64,000 nt of DNA from the human T2T-CHM13v2.0 reference genome, Homo sapiens, in NCBI RefSeq assembly GCF_009914755.1, contig NC_060928.1, one strand, 5' to 3'. The position numbers and the translations under genes were made by a program. Under the pieces are notes generated by a model. That model saw nothing but the letters and a program-made list of their open reading frames with translations, did not search any database and was not told the origin of the DNA. How positions within the stretch are numbered: position 1 is the first letter of the stretch; each line of letters begins with the position of its first letter. This document shows positions 1-16,854 of the stretch, piece after piece.

Positions 1-227
1 TTACAGGTATGAGCTGTGGCACCCAGCCTGTAAGCCCTGAATTTTCTAGCTAATCATTCAGTAGCAAAAGTTTGCTGACCCTCCACAATTAACAATTATA
101 GTGGGTTGGTTCCTCTTTGTCTCCACCTTTATTGCTTCTGCCTCTCCTGTCCACCTTCTATTCAGTCTCTTTTCTCTACCTCATTGTTTTCTGTTTTTTC
201 TTACTCATTGTCTCTCTCTCGCGCGCG

Positions 228-357
228 CCTTTTTTTTTGAGACAGTGTTTTTCCATGTTTCTCAGGCTGGTCTTGAAGACTTCTGGGCTCAGGCCATTGG
301 CCTGTCTTGGCCTCTCAAATTGCTAAGGATTACAGACATAAGCTACTGTGCCCAGCC
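228..357 (-). mobile_element. Alu monomer (FLAM-like)
   Basis: Poly-T followed by antisense Alu left-arm sequence. Confidence 0.75.
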
Positions 358-1116
358 ATGTCTCCTTCTTATAGTTTCATCTTATAACTTTTGTGTGCTG
401 ATGACCTGTCATAGCTCAGACTACCCTCATTTTCTCTAAGTGTTTTTTCCCCTCTCAGCTTGTGTGTCATCTACATCTGGCTGGTTCTTTTTTATATTTG
501 CTCTTTTAAACTTTGAAGAGAAAGAGTCTGATTTCTCTAGATAATATCTGTTTTGGAAGAGCTCTTGCATTAATGTCCTCATAATATCCTGGTTTCTATG
601 AGCCATTATATTGAATGTCTTCAGTCTAAAGTCATGGCTAGGAGATGATGTGGATGGTGGGTGTTATGGAGGGTCCATATGGTCTCATGATAGATCATGG
701 CAGCTGAGTGCTGCCTCCCCAGGAGGGACCATCGACATGACTGTCTTGTTTAATATAACATTCAATAAATCCTCCTTTCTCCCTTTCTTTCCTTTTTTAT
801 TTTCCTTTTTGTATCCAGCATAGTGATCTGGGGAAATCTCTTTTTAGAACAGGAGAGAAAGGTCCAATCTTTCACATTTATGTGGTCCTGACTCACATGC
901 AAACTTTTCAAAAGAACACTGTGGCCTGGTATTTTTTCATTTGTCATGTGCAGCAGTTTTGAGTGGTCTATGTGAGTTTGGGGAGATCCTTTCTGGAGTC
1001 GGTGAGGTCAAAATTATTTTTACTATAATACTAAGATGATATGATCTTTTACTATTTAACTTCATTGACCTTTGTACTCATGGTGTAAAGAAATGGTGGT
1101 TAAAATTGCTGGCATT

Positions 1117-1257
1117 GGCCAGGCATGGCGGCTCACACCTGTAATCCCAGCACTTTGGGAGGCCGAGGTGGGAGGATCACTTGAGCCCAGTAGTTTGGGA
1201 CCAGCCTGGGCAAGACAGTGAGACTGACCCTGTCTCTTAAATTAAAAAAAAAAAAAA
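1117..1257 (+). mobile_element. Alu monomer (FLAM-like)
   Basis: GGCCAGGCATGGCGGCTCACACCTGTAATCCCAGC... ending in an A tail. Confidence 0.85.
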
Positions 1258-1366
1258 TCTGGCATCTGAGTACGACTCAAGGCAGTGGCACCAGACCATA
1301 CTAGAAGTCATTGTATTTTGTCACTAGTGCAGTAGCAGTAAAAACAAAGTTTTAAGAATGTGCTTG

Positions 1367-1987
<621 letters not shown>

Positions 1988-2129
1988 AGGCAAAAAGATT
2001 GTTTTTTAAGTAGAAAGAAAGAAAGAAAAAAAAGCAATATCCATGATGGAGTCATAAAATTATTGATTTTATAAATCTCGACCTTGGTTACATATTTAAA
2101 AATATTCTATGTAAAAAAATGGAAAGTCT

Positions 2130-2406
<277 letters not shown>

Positions 2407-3062
2407 AGGAAGTCTGCATAACGCGTGTCTGCTACGTACGGTCATAGAATAGCTGTCACCAGGAAAAGCACTTTTGCAATTGTTTGAGACACAAGCTGAA
2501 CTAGCTGCTGCTTTCACAGAATATTATTTTTATTTGGGAGAATGGCTGGCAGAAAAATTGGCAGTTGAGACTTGAGTATTTGGCAGACATCATCTCAAAA
2601 GTAAATGAAGTGAGCCTGTCACTTCAAGGAAAAAAACTTGAAATAATACAGTATTTATTGCCAATGTTAAAATTTGAGTGAAAATCAGAATTTTGGAAAA
2701 CTTGTACCCACCACTAAGAGCTTGATAGTTTGTCAATACTTTTAACACTTTGCTGTTGAGATCAGTGATGATATTAGTGGATATAATTTTTTATATTATC
2801 TAATGAAGTATGTCAACGTTTGGAAGATCTGTACAGCTCAGTGAACCAATATATTGCAGATGACTTTGTAAAGTCTTATGTTGTAAAACAATGCATGAGT
2901 AAAAAGAGCCACTCAAAATGCAATGCAAGATAGACCAGTGGATCTCATTGTAACAGAGTTATTAAAGTTCACTGTATGGTTTCAGATTCCACATTATAAT
3001 TAACCTTTAAGTAACTACTACTTTTTGAGTTTTAATTTGTCAAAGAAACATTTCCACAATTA

Positions 3063-3514
<452 letters not shown>

Positions 3515-3519
3515 TCATC

Positions 3520-5740
3520 AGTAACAGTAGCCAGGTCAGCCTGTGTTGTTAAGCCTGTGGATGACCTCCAATCTTGACACTGTGACCACTTTACACATTG
3601 GCTCATTCAGTGAGCTGTATGATGGCTGGTGAAAGCAGCTGAGTGATATATAAGAATATGACACTTTTTCTACATTATTATTGAGAGCTTCCTATATAGA
3701 GGACGCTCTTTGGAGGGCATTCACATGAAATATAAGTGTCTTCATGCTGTATTCATTATGAGAGACGTATCCACACACTTCTTTCCCAGGTCTCTTCTTA
3801 CCAATATTCAAATCCTATTCTTATCAAGTCCCTGAACATCCAGCCAAGCTCTAAGAAACTGCCCATGAATCAGAGTAGTCCATACTTATAGCTGTTTCTG
3901 AGTTTAGACAAAGTGGATAACCAAGTGTATTTTTTGAAGTTCTGGGCTTGCGTGTATTTTACGTTACCACCATCCAGAGACACTCCTGAGTGGAACTGTG
4001 CTACTGCACTGTCCACTCCAGTTTGCCCCAGAACACTGTCTTGCCATCTGTAAATACAGCCTGAACTTTCTCCCATTCAACTGGTAATAAGAAACTCTCT
4101 AATGAGGCCACGGGCATGGATTGAAGGAGAAGGGCCAATAGTTGATGTTGAAGGAGTAAAGCCATCTACTTAGGTAACTTAGTTGGGTCTTCTGGATGTG
4201 TGTGAGGTCAATCTCTTTTATACTATTTCTACTTGGTGGTAGATTGCTTCTGTGCACACTCAACTTTATGCAGCCAACTTTTATGGCTAGGAAGGGCACG
4301 CAATTCATAATGGAAAACTCAGGTTACATGTAAGGCATTCAGTACCAGGATCGAGCTAGAGCTGTTTCTAGAAAGGAGAATGGTTATCTTGAGAAGAGTC
4401 ATAGATTGGCTTCAAAACCCTGAGTTCTACATGTTGATTCTCCAGTTGTTGTTTGGCAGAGACTTCATACAGCATCCTACTTGCCACAGACATGCCAAGT
4501 GTCATTGCATCTACTGGGTTATAAAGAAGAGCAATTTACACTTCAGTCTATACTTGTTCTGGTCCCCCTCAGAACTGGCGGCTTTATTGATTTAATAAGA
4601 TTACTTGTAAATGGGAATTGAAGTAGCTCACTTGAATGTAGGCTATATTACCTCTAAAATCCAAATGGGTCTACCTAACACCACAAACAAGGTAAGCAAA
4701 TTCATATCCAGAACACATGTCTATTCTAGTGGGGACACTAAATATCCCACTAAATTTCTTTAGTGGGGACTGTGCAAGGTGCAGCAACTTATCTTTCACT
4801 TTGGTGGCAATATTTTGAGATGTTCCATACCATGTAACCCCAGGAATTTCACTTAGGTAATGGGCTTCTGAATTTTCATGGGGGTTTATTTCCTATTCTC
4901 TAGTTTACATGGGTCTTATTAAATCATCTGAAATAGTTGCCGCTTCCTGTTCAGGTCCTGATCAGATCCAATCAACATAATGGTATCAATGCAGTGGACT
5001 AGTGTGATTTTATGTGGACTGTCAAGATTATAATAATCTCTGCAGATTATATTATGGCAGAACACAGGAGAGTTGACATAGTTCTTAGGCTACTTCAGGT
5101 AAAAACAAACTGCTTCTGGTGGTCCTTGCAAACTAGTATGGAAATAGAAATATTTGCAAGTCAATAATGGCATACTAAGTGCCAGCAGCTCTTGATTTGT
5201 TCCAGAAATGAGACGACATCTAAATATTAACTGCAGTTGGAGTCACCTAATTAAGTTTTTGATAACATGTGGTTATTCTCCAGGATCCCTCCAAGCTCTG
5301 TATAGGCTGAACAGGTGAATTGAATGGGGATGTGAGAGGTATCACTACCCTTGCTTTTTGTCACATCTTTAATGGTGAAGCTAATCTCTGAAGTTCCATC
5401 AGGGATAAGGTATCACTTGTGGTTTCCAACACTGGTAAGGGCAGGAATTTCCAGGGGCTTCCACTTGACCTATTTTTACCATAATGGTCCTCAATGGGTA
5501 AAGATTCAATGGGACCACTGCAGAACATACAAGAGAATTCTCCTGCCTCTGAGTTATCTCACCTGAGTAAGGAGAGAGCTGCCTTATGTGTCCACCCACT
5601 CAGTTACTGGCTGAGGGCTGTTCTCACACATAGGAGGAATAGACTCTGGAGGCCAGAGAGAAACAATAGGGCACCTACAGCATCTGCTACAGTTATTTGG
5701 ATGGCGTGGTTTCTGAGTTCTACATTTAACGCATTGAAAA
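3520..5740 (-). mobile_element. ERVL (class III) internal pol relic
   Basis: Minus strand near 5330-5230 gives degenerate RT (SPFNSPVQPIQ..EGSWRIT..YQKLN); near 4070-3940 it gives an RNase H-like FTDG segment. Many stops and frameshifts. Confidence 0.7.
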
Positions 5741-6389
5741 GTTAATGACATCTAGCAGGCTGTTGGATTAGTGAGTCTGAAATTGAGGAAAGATTGTTCT
5801 AGCTCTTCCTCTATATTCCCATGGCCCTGTGCTTAGCTCTGTCATAGCGTTTACTATGTTTTACTTGAATGACCTACTTATGTGCTTGCCTTTTGACTAG
5901 AATGGAAAGGGGCAGTATCTTTTTTTGTTGTTGTTTTTTTGAAGCGCCCATTCTGGTGCCTGCCACACAATAGTTGCTCATTAAGTGAAGTGAATGTTTT
6001 TCTCCTCACCAATATTCTTGCGCTGTTTTAGAAAACTCTTCCAGAAATGGTACAGTAACAGCTGATATATAACCAAGAGAGCATCAGCTGCATTTGGACA
6101 CTGGCCCTGTGCCTAGCTACCTTTGGGCAGTGGGGAAAATACTCTTCCCAGGGAAAGTTGGAGTGGTTGGAATCCATAATTAACATATAGTGTGTATGCT
6201 AATATTATATGTCCTATACTAGGATACAATGCAATGTAATGCATTTAATTGATTGCCTTGCACCCTGAAAGAATGCTAAGTCATTTATTGACACCACATG
6301 CAATTCCTGAAACTCAGAAATTGACTGATAGTATTCATACAGAGTTTACATTGTTTTCTGAGAATAAAAACAATGAATTATTAACACTA

Positions 6390-6775
<386 letters not shown>

Positions 6776-8442
6776 TCAATTATCACAACAAACCTGTATA
6801 TGAAAGAAAATGCAGTTTGTTCTGAAATAGAATTTCAGTACATATTTTAGAGTCATTAAAACCTAATGATCAAGTTCCTTCAGTTGCATTAACAAATAAA
6901 CAGGTGTTTGATTCCCAGTACTTGTGCAACTGGTTGGGATAAGATCAGAAGTTACCATAGTTCAGTGGCTTCTGAGAACATACGGCACTCTACACTTATA
7001 AAGAAATAAAACAATAACTGCTTGGTTTACATTATTGTTGCTCAATATGCTACATACCATCATTCACCAAAAAAATTATACTTTTCAATTGAGTATCACC
7101 TGAGGTTTTCATTTTGTTTTGTTTCATTTTGTCTTAAATGGAATCACAGGAAGGTTAGCATAATTTGGAGCCAGAATTGCCCACACAGCTGTCAGGTTTC
7201 CTGGGCACATTGCAGATCTGAATTTGGGTCATAAACAGCTTGGGGATTTCTGACCTCAAGGGCTGTAGGGGAATCAAATTAAGCCCGTGAGGGGTAGCAC
7301 GCAGCTTTCCTCCATGGTGACCCACTTTTTTCACTTCTCAGAACAAAAAAGGAAAAGACGGCTGGGTGGCAACAGCCAAAGCCATCTGTTGTAGAAATGG
7401 GCACAGAGTTCAGATTTGCAAGGACAGGGCGATATAAAAACAAAAGCAAAGAGAAAGAAATAGGTCATTACTGAAATGTCCTTGTAAGAAATAAACAGGC
7501 AATGTTAATTCTTATCCAAACGTTTTATGAATGTAGTATTCATCAGATTTTATTGATGCTGATCCTTGGGCTTGGCAACAACATTCTTGGTATGCAAAAT
7601 TTGTTTATACAGTTTGTGTCCAGGTTGGTTCATCCAATTACCTAATAAGGACAAGGTTTAGTTTTCATATTGGCCAGTTAGCTCTGTACAGAGAAAAGCT
7701 CTGCTCCTTTGCTGTAGCTTGTACGCTATCCAATTCAGGTCTCTTCTAAGCACGGGTTATTGATCATGTGAATAGTTTGGAATAAACTGTTAAATTATTG
7801 GAAGAACAACTTAAAGCAATGTTTTCTTTCATATGGGTAAGAAGATAAGTGACAATAAGAAATACTAGTTACACTTACCAAGGCCTTATGTGTAAGGCCT
7901 TATGTGCCACAAACTATGTGGCACTTAAGCTCTCTGTCTATATATTGTCTCATTTAATCTTTATAAAACTGCCATTTTTCAGGTAAGGAAACGGGCTTTG
8001 AAAAACTAAGTAGCTTGCCATATAAGTCATATAGAGATAAAGTAGTAAAGCTGAAATTTGAACCCAAGATAATAATTTACATTTGCTTAGTATTTTATGG
8101 TTTACTAATTGTGTTTACATACATTCTTTCACTTAATCTTCCCAGACAGTCTTGTGAGATAGTCAGTAGTTATAATCTTATTTTTACGAATGCGGGAGAG
8201 GGGGCTTTCAGGGGTCACTCAGCTAGCAGATGTCAGGGCCAGTACAAAAAGCCAAGTGTGCTGATTCCAGGTTTCAAGATCTTTTAACTATTAGACAGCC
8301 GAGGTCTGGGATATGTGTATTTATTGTGAAGTTAAAGTCTGTATAGTACAAAATGAAATGTAGATTTCATAATTATCCAGATTATTCAGGCTTTACAGGG
8401 TCCAGACACTTCATTTTTGTTTAATGAAATTAACAACATAAC

Positions 8443-8615
8443 TGGAGAGGGGGAGTGGGTGGGAGGGGGTGAATAATGAGAAATTACTTTTTATGGGTAC
8501 AATGTCTATTACTCAGGTGATGGATACCCCAAAAGCCCTGATTTCACCATTATACAATCTATGCATGTAACAAAATTACACTTGTATCCCATACATTTAT
8601 ACAAATTTAAAAAAA
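8443..8615 (+). mobile_element. L1 3' end fragment (L1PB/L1MA-like)
   Basis: G-rich tract, then GGGTACAATGT...AAAAGCCCTGATTTCACCATTATACAAT...CATGTAACAAAA and an A tail. Confidence 0.75.
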
Positions 8616-8734
8616 GACACACACACACAAAAACGTCATATTTTACCCACTCTAGAAGTTGTGTAGTTAACTGATTAAAATTACATGGAATGTATTTTCT
8701 TTTTTCTATTTTAATGTTTATATTTTAGCTATAT

Positions 8735-8946
8735 AATAAGTTCTTATTTAATGTCATTGATAGATTCTTGGAAACTTCAACTTTAAGGGAAATGATGTAT
8801 AACAAAAAGAATTTTACCATAGGCTAATTGATATAAAAAAGAGTTAAGCTTCTACAGCATATTTCTTGTCACAAGAAATCACCAAACTTCTAAATAAAGA
8901 TCTCAAACACTTCTAATATTAAACATTAAAATAAATGTGAGCTATT
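8735..8946. mobile_element. TcMar-Tigger fragment (MER82-like)
   Basis: TTCTTGGAAACT...AATTTTACCATAGGCTAATTGATATAAA...CACCAAACTTCTAAATAAAGA resembles the recalled consensus. Confidence 0.55.
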
Positions 8947-9489
8947 TAAAAAAAGAAATTAAGAATATAAATAAAATGTTACCAGTGAAACATATAGAAT
9001 ATTATAAACAAATTTTTCTAGAGATGGGGAGGTCTCACTATTTTGCCTAGGCTGGTCTTGAACTCCTGGCCCCAAGTGATCCTCCTGCCTCAGACTTCCA
9101 AAGGGCTGGGATTATGGGCATGAGTCATCACAACTGGCCAGATTATAGTATTTTTATACAATGGAATTATATGGCAATAAAATTTGCTATGGCTATAGGC
9201 AAACATGGATGAAGTTCAAACACAAAGTTGGAAAAAAAAGTCACAGAAAAATATACTCAGTGTGATTTCACTTATATAAATTTTTAAAAACTAAACAATA
9301 CATTATTTAGGGATACAGATAATCTATTTTTAAAAGGAAGGGAATGATTAACTGAATATTTGGTACTAGGGTTACTTTCAGAGAGAGAGAGTAGGGGATG
9401 TGATCCAGGAAGAGCATCTAGAGCTTTCAGATTATATTCTATTGATTAACTTGGGTAGTGGATACACAATTACTTGTTTTATTGATGGT

Positions 9490-9838
<349 letters not shown>

Positions 9839-10034
9839 TAAATATATATATATCAGATATAAATATATATATTTATATATATATCTATCTATCAGAAAAG
9901 AGACCAGAAGAATGTACATTACTACAATAACATCAATTGTATTAGATTGTTTGGCTACAGGTGATTTTGTTTTTCTTTTTCCACATTTTCTGTAATGTGC
10001 TGTTATTACTTTCATGATTAAAATAAGTAACCCT

Positions 10035-10643
<609 letters not shown>

Positions 10644-12205
10644 TAAAATAAGTAACCCTTACAGGGAAATGGCAATAATCTCACTTAGCCTAAATAAGTC
10701 AAAAGTATAACTTGAAGTAGTTTTAGTTAGGATAATGGGTTTCACAAATATACCGGAAGCACCAGTGTCAAAAGGACATCCTGAAGGTGGAAGTTCTACC
10801 CACATGTACTCTTGAGTTGCTTAGATGCTGTTAATCTGTTCTTGTGCAGAGCTGCTCATTCTTAAAAATGTATGTAACATTCTGAGTTGAAAGGAGAAGA
10901 CAGTCACACAGTGAAATCTCTCCCTCCTGAGATAACTATTCTCTCCCTGTTTTGCTGCTATCCTTTCTACACACTGCTATTGTTGCAAAACTTGCATAAC
11001 AGTATTGTGATTTGTCAATTCTGTTCTCTCCCATTAGGCTCTGAGCTCTCTGAGGGTAGGGTTTAAACCATAGCCATTTTGCGTCTACTGTTTCCTCCAC
11101 TGTGCCTGGAATAGATTAGCTGCCCAGACAACTTTTATTAAACTGAACAAAAGAAGCAATGAAGATTTTAAAATGCTGCATTTGTAAGACACATGGCTAC
11201 AGAAACCTGAATATACTTGGAAGCTAATCTTCACGCAGGATGAGTCAATATGTTTCTGTCCTGTTTAAATACAAGATCTCGAGATAGCATATTATTTATG
11301 TGCATCATAAAAACTTAACAAACATTGCACAACACAATAAGCACAATACATTGGTAACTTCTGGCACATTTCTAAAAAAGTTTCTTTTCTATGTACTCTT
11401 TTTGTCCACCCCTTACCATCTCTACCTCCTAGAATCCAGCACAGGCTGTAAACCTCAAACCTGCTGTTTTAGCAGTGAGTTATCAGAGGGCCTTGACTTC
11501 CTCTTAGAATGATGGTATGCAGCTGAGCTAACAATAGTAGAGTCATCAGAGTATTTGCTGATTGCCATCTTCTGTTTTAAAGACTTTAAAAACACTTCCT
11601 TGTCATAAGGTAGAAAAGAACCCACATGTCTGCAAAATAGTCCTTATCAGGAGAAATAGGAACATAGCACAATTTCTTTCTGGCCCCTAAACATTTGCAA
11701 ACTACTGACATGACACACTCACATGATGTCTCAAATCTTTAGACATCTCCCCCCAGGCAGAAAAGAAGGAGCCTCATTTTTCTTCCCCTGCTGGCTTTCC
11801 TGAGATTTGAGTGGTGGGACTGTGTTGAAACAACTGGCTGGCTTTTTTTAAGAAACATGTTAATTCAAAACTCTAGGGTAAGGGTAGCTGATCCTGGCAG
11901 GCCTGATCTGTCTGGACAGTTTCTTTTCAGATTAGTTTGACAGAGATAAGTCTAAGATTTCTCAAAAGCATATTTGCTTTCTATTGAAGAAAAACAAAAA
12001 ACAAAGGAAACACACACACACACGCACACACGTATGCAGGTGACCAGTGATTAAATTTCATAATAAAACACCCAATCCAAATTGCCTGTGCTTAAACTAA
12101 CCTAAACTACTGATGCAGCCATTTTGAGTGAACTTAGTAGGAAATACAGCCAAATAGGTCTTCTTCCTGGTATTCGAGAAGAAGGAAAATAAAACAATTC
12201 GGATA

Positions 12206-12333
12206 TAGGCTTGATCTGTGTAACATAGTCACTAGGCTTGATCTATGTAACATAGTAACTATGTCACTGTAAAATAGTGGTTAAACTTGATCTATGTAAC
12301 ATAGTAACTATGTCACTGTAAAATAGTGGTTAA
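12206..12333. repeat. Local tandem duplication (48-bp perfect pair plus a partial copy)
   Basis: 12237-12284 is identical to 12286-12333; partial copy at 12206-12232. Confidence 0.95.
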
Positions 12334-12640
12334 GAGTGTGGATGCTAGAGTCAGATTGTCTAGGTTTGAACACTGATTCCACCACTGTCTAGCTGTGGGA
12401 TCAAGTTACATAAACTCCCTGGGACTCTATTTCTGGGTCTGTGTGATGGTACTTACCACTTGTGTGTGTTACAGGCATTAAAGTTATGTCAGGACATATA
12501 AATCACTGAATACGGTGCTTGACAACTTCATTATTGATTACTACATGTAGATTATTATAAAGCTAATGAAATTTAGCTTCAGGGGCCCTCATTTGCACAC
12601 TCTCTCCAAGTTCTCAGGAGTGGCCCTAGCAGAGTGTTCA

Positions 12641-13509
12641 TGTGTTGGTTAATTTTATGTCAACTTGACTGAACTAAGGGATGCCCAGGTAGCTGGCAAA
12701 ACACATTTTGGGGTGTATCTGTGAAAGCATTTCCAGAAGAGAAGGGCATTTGGATCAGTAGACTAGTAAAGAAGACCACACTCACCAATGTGGGTGGGCA
12801 TTATCCACTATGCTGAAGGCCTGAATAGAACAAAACGGCAGAGGAGAAGGGTGAATTTGCCCTTGCTGTTTGAGCTGGGACATTCATCTTCTCCTGCCTT
12901 GGATATCAGTGCTCCTGATTCTCAGGCCTTTGGACTTGGACTGGGACTTAACACTATTGGTTTCCGGGATTCTCAGGCCTTTGGGCCTTGTACTGGAACT
13001 ACACCACCTGGTTTCATGGGCCTCCAGCTTGCAGACAGCAGATTGTGGGATTTCTCAGCCTCCATAATTGCATAAGCCAATCCCTCATTATAAATCTCCT
13101 TCTATATACAGTCATGCATTGCTTAATGATGAAGATAAGTTTTGAGAAATGCGTCATTAGGCAATTTTATTATTGTGTAAACTTCATAGAGTGTACTTAC
13201 ACAAATTTTGGTACTATAGCTTACTACACACCTAAGCTATATGGTATAACCTACTGTTCCTAGGCTACAAATCTTTGCGGCATGTTACTGTGCCAAATAC
13301 TGTAGATAACTCTAACACAATGGTAAATAGTTGTGTATTTAAACATATCTAAACAGATAAAAGCTACAGTAAAAATACAATGTTATAATATTATGGAACC
13401 ACTGTTGTATATGTGATGCGTTACTGATTGAAACATCATTTTGCTGTGCATGACTATATCTATATATATCCTATTGGCTTTGTTTCTCTGGAGAACCCTG
13501 ACTGATACA
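12641..13509 (+). mobile_element. MLT2 (ERVL) solo LTR
   Basis: TG...CA ends (TGTGTTGGTTAATTTTATGTCAACTTGACTG ... GGAGAACCCTGACTGATACA) with 5-bp TSD GTTCA at 12636-12640 and 13510-13514. Confidence 0.88.
13109..13456. mobile_element. Tigger3a-like non-autonomous DNA transposon nested in MLT2
   Basis: Inverted termini CAGTCATGCA / TGCATGACTA, TA on both sides, 348 bp. Confidence 0.88.
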
Positions 13510-14796
13510 GTTCACATATATATTTTTTTGAGTTTTGTGAAAGTAAGTGATTTTAATTACAATCAGTTAAGGCTGCTATCTTTCTCCATGTCAAATTTCA
13601 CTGTATCATTTTCCCTTGAATTTAGAGGTGCTTGAGTGTCCACCAGCATTTTGGGGATCTAAGGGGAAGTTGAGTTGAAAACATATCATTTAACTAAAAT
13701 TTAAAAACACATTTTGGATTGTTCCAATAAAACAATGAGGAATTATAAAAACCTAATTTGGATATAAAAGAAAGGTGCTCTGTTTTGTTATCTAAAAGTG
13801 CTTTTATTGAAGAACTAAGAGAAAATTTACATAAAAAGTTAATGGGATATGAAATAAAAGTGATAAAAATGCATGATGACATTGCTTCTTGTTCAGATAC
13901 GAAGAAGCAAACTATGTATAACACTTTTTCCAGATCATTCTAAAACCAGTGCTTCCTTACAGGGAAAAGAGAAATTTTTAGAAGTAATGGATAAGTCTTG
14001 GATTGTTTGATACTCTATTAAGAGGAAGGAATCATAAAATCCTACAAAATATAGAAATTTCTTGCTGATTTGATACAAAATACTGACATTGACAAAGATG
14101 ACATAAACCTCAAAATATGCTTCTGCAATGAAGAAACAGATGAGAAGCTAAATAATTAGTCTATCCGTTTTCACTGGTATCCTGGATTTTTTATAGCTTG
14201 TACGCAGAAAAAAACTTGGTAAAGATTTTCCCAAATCTAATATCAACCATAACATATACTATGGTATTAATAATGAATTATAAAACTGAAATAAACATTT
14301 TAAAACAGCAACAATTTTTTAAAAACAAAATTTGATTAGCCATATTAAAGGAAAAACTAAATTTAAAAAAAGTTCTCTTCAGAAAATTATATTAATATAT
14401 TATTATCATATGAAGAGGTGATCAGAGAGTATACAGCCAAAAATATTGGTAAAAAGTTGTACAGCCATATGTCAGGCAGTTTATTAATAAAAAATATTAT
14501 GGGATTTTCCAGATTTTTTATGTTTGTGAATGTAAAAGACTATTTTCCAGAGACAGTCATCACAGTATCTCCTATCCCACATGCTCTTGTTATAAGGTGA
14601 TTGACACATCCCTCATTGAGAAGTGGAATCTACGTTCCCTGTCTTTGAACCTGAGTAGATGTGACTGTGGCTGAAAGGATGTTGTAGTTGACAGAATAAA
14701 GGTCCCTCAAAAATGTCCACATCCTATTCCTCACCAGCTGTGAATATGTTATGTAATATAGCAAGATGGAATTAAGGTTGCAAATCTGCTGACCTT

Positions 14797-15107
14797 TTTT
14801 TTCTTTTCTTTTCTTTTCTTTTCTTTTTTTTTGAGACAGGGTCTTTCTCTGTCACCCAGCCTAGAGTGCAGTGGTGTGAACATGGCTCACTGCAACCTTG
14901 ACCTGGACTCAAGTGATACTCCCACCTCAGCCTCCCAAGCTGAGACTACAAGTGCATGCCACCATGCTTGGCTAATTTTTAAAATTTTTGTAGAGAAAAC
15001 GTCTTGCCATGTTGCCCAGGCTGGTCTAGAAGCCCTGGGCTCAGGCAATCCTCCCATCTTGGCCTCCCAAAGTGCAGGGATTACAGACATGAGCCACCAT
15101 GCCCAAA
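14797..15107 (-). mobile_element. AluJ, 3' of the U6 retrocopy
   Basis: Diverged antisense dimeric Alu with a (TTTTC)n tail. Confidence 0.9.
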
Positions 15108-15121
15108 CTTTTCTTTTTCTT

Positions 15122-15622
<501 letters not shown>

Positions 15623-16569
15623 TCAGGTGGGCCCAATGTAATCACTAAGGTCCTTATAGCTGGAAGTGGGAGGCAGAAGAGTCAGAGTCAAGAGAGATCT
15701 GGAGATGCCATGATGCCGGCTTTAAAGATGGAGGAAGAGCCACAAGCCAAGGAACGCAGGTGGCCTCTAGATGGTGGAAAAGGCAAGAAAATGAATACTC
15801 TCTAGAGCCTTCAGAAGGACTGCAGCCCTGCTGACACCTTGATTTTAGCCCAGTGAGACCCATTTTGAACTTCTGACCTCCAGAACTATAATATGATAAA
15901 CATTTGTTGTTTTAAATCCCTAAATTTGTGGTAATTTCCTAGACCATCAGTGTGAAATTAATATAGATGCTATCTGACTGCCAAGGCTGGTTTGTAAAAG
16001 GAGACACAGTGTTCACCTGATTTTCTTCAGGCCCTGCCACCATGCCATGAGGAAATGGAAAGACCACGTGGAGTGGTCACATATAAATGTTCCAGCCACC
16101 AGCCTCAGCAGAGGTCCCAGCCCACAGTCAGCAACAACTCCAGACACGTGAGTGGCAGCAAGATGATGCCAGCCGCAGTTACCATCTGATTACAACTTCA
16201 TAAGAAACCCTGAGCAAGGGCTGCCCAGCTGAGTTCAAGCAACGCCCCAGACCTGTGGGTGATGATAATAAAATTATTGTTGTTTTGAGTCACTAAGTTT
16301 TGGGTGATTCATTGTACAGCAGTAGATAGCCGAAGCAGTCAGTATGTAACAACTGTTTAAAATTTACACTTTGTCTTGAATTGTCTCGTTTTAAATAAGT
16401 ATTCACTTTCATATCTAATTTTGTATTTGTAAATTCTTTTTTTCCTAGAGAGAGCCCCTCCAAATAGTAAAGCTTCAAATGTACTACCTTAAATCTGGTT
16501 CTACTTCTGCATGTAGCCACAATTTCTTATTCAGAATGTGGTTGAAAACATAAAAATATACGTAATTAA

Positions 16570-16854
<285 letters not shown>

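Noticed and set aside
3520-5740. Potentially coding or domesticated retroviral pol
   Set aside because: Fragmented by stops and frameshifts; the longest ORFs are under 85 aa.
12010-12031. (CA)n tract, and (CT)n(CG)n at 211-227
   Set aside because: Short ordinary microsatellites.
12206-12333. CRISPR-like repeat
   Set aside because: Eukaryotic DNA, no unique spacers and no cas genes; it is a simple local duplication.
15761-15777. CTCF-like motif TGGCCTCTAGATGGTGG
   Set aside because: An imperfect match inside an LTR; cannot be supported without ChIP data.
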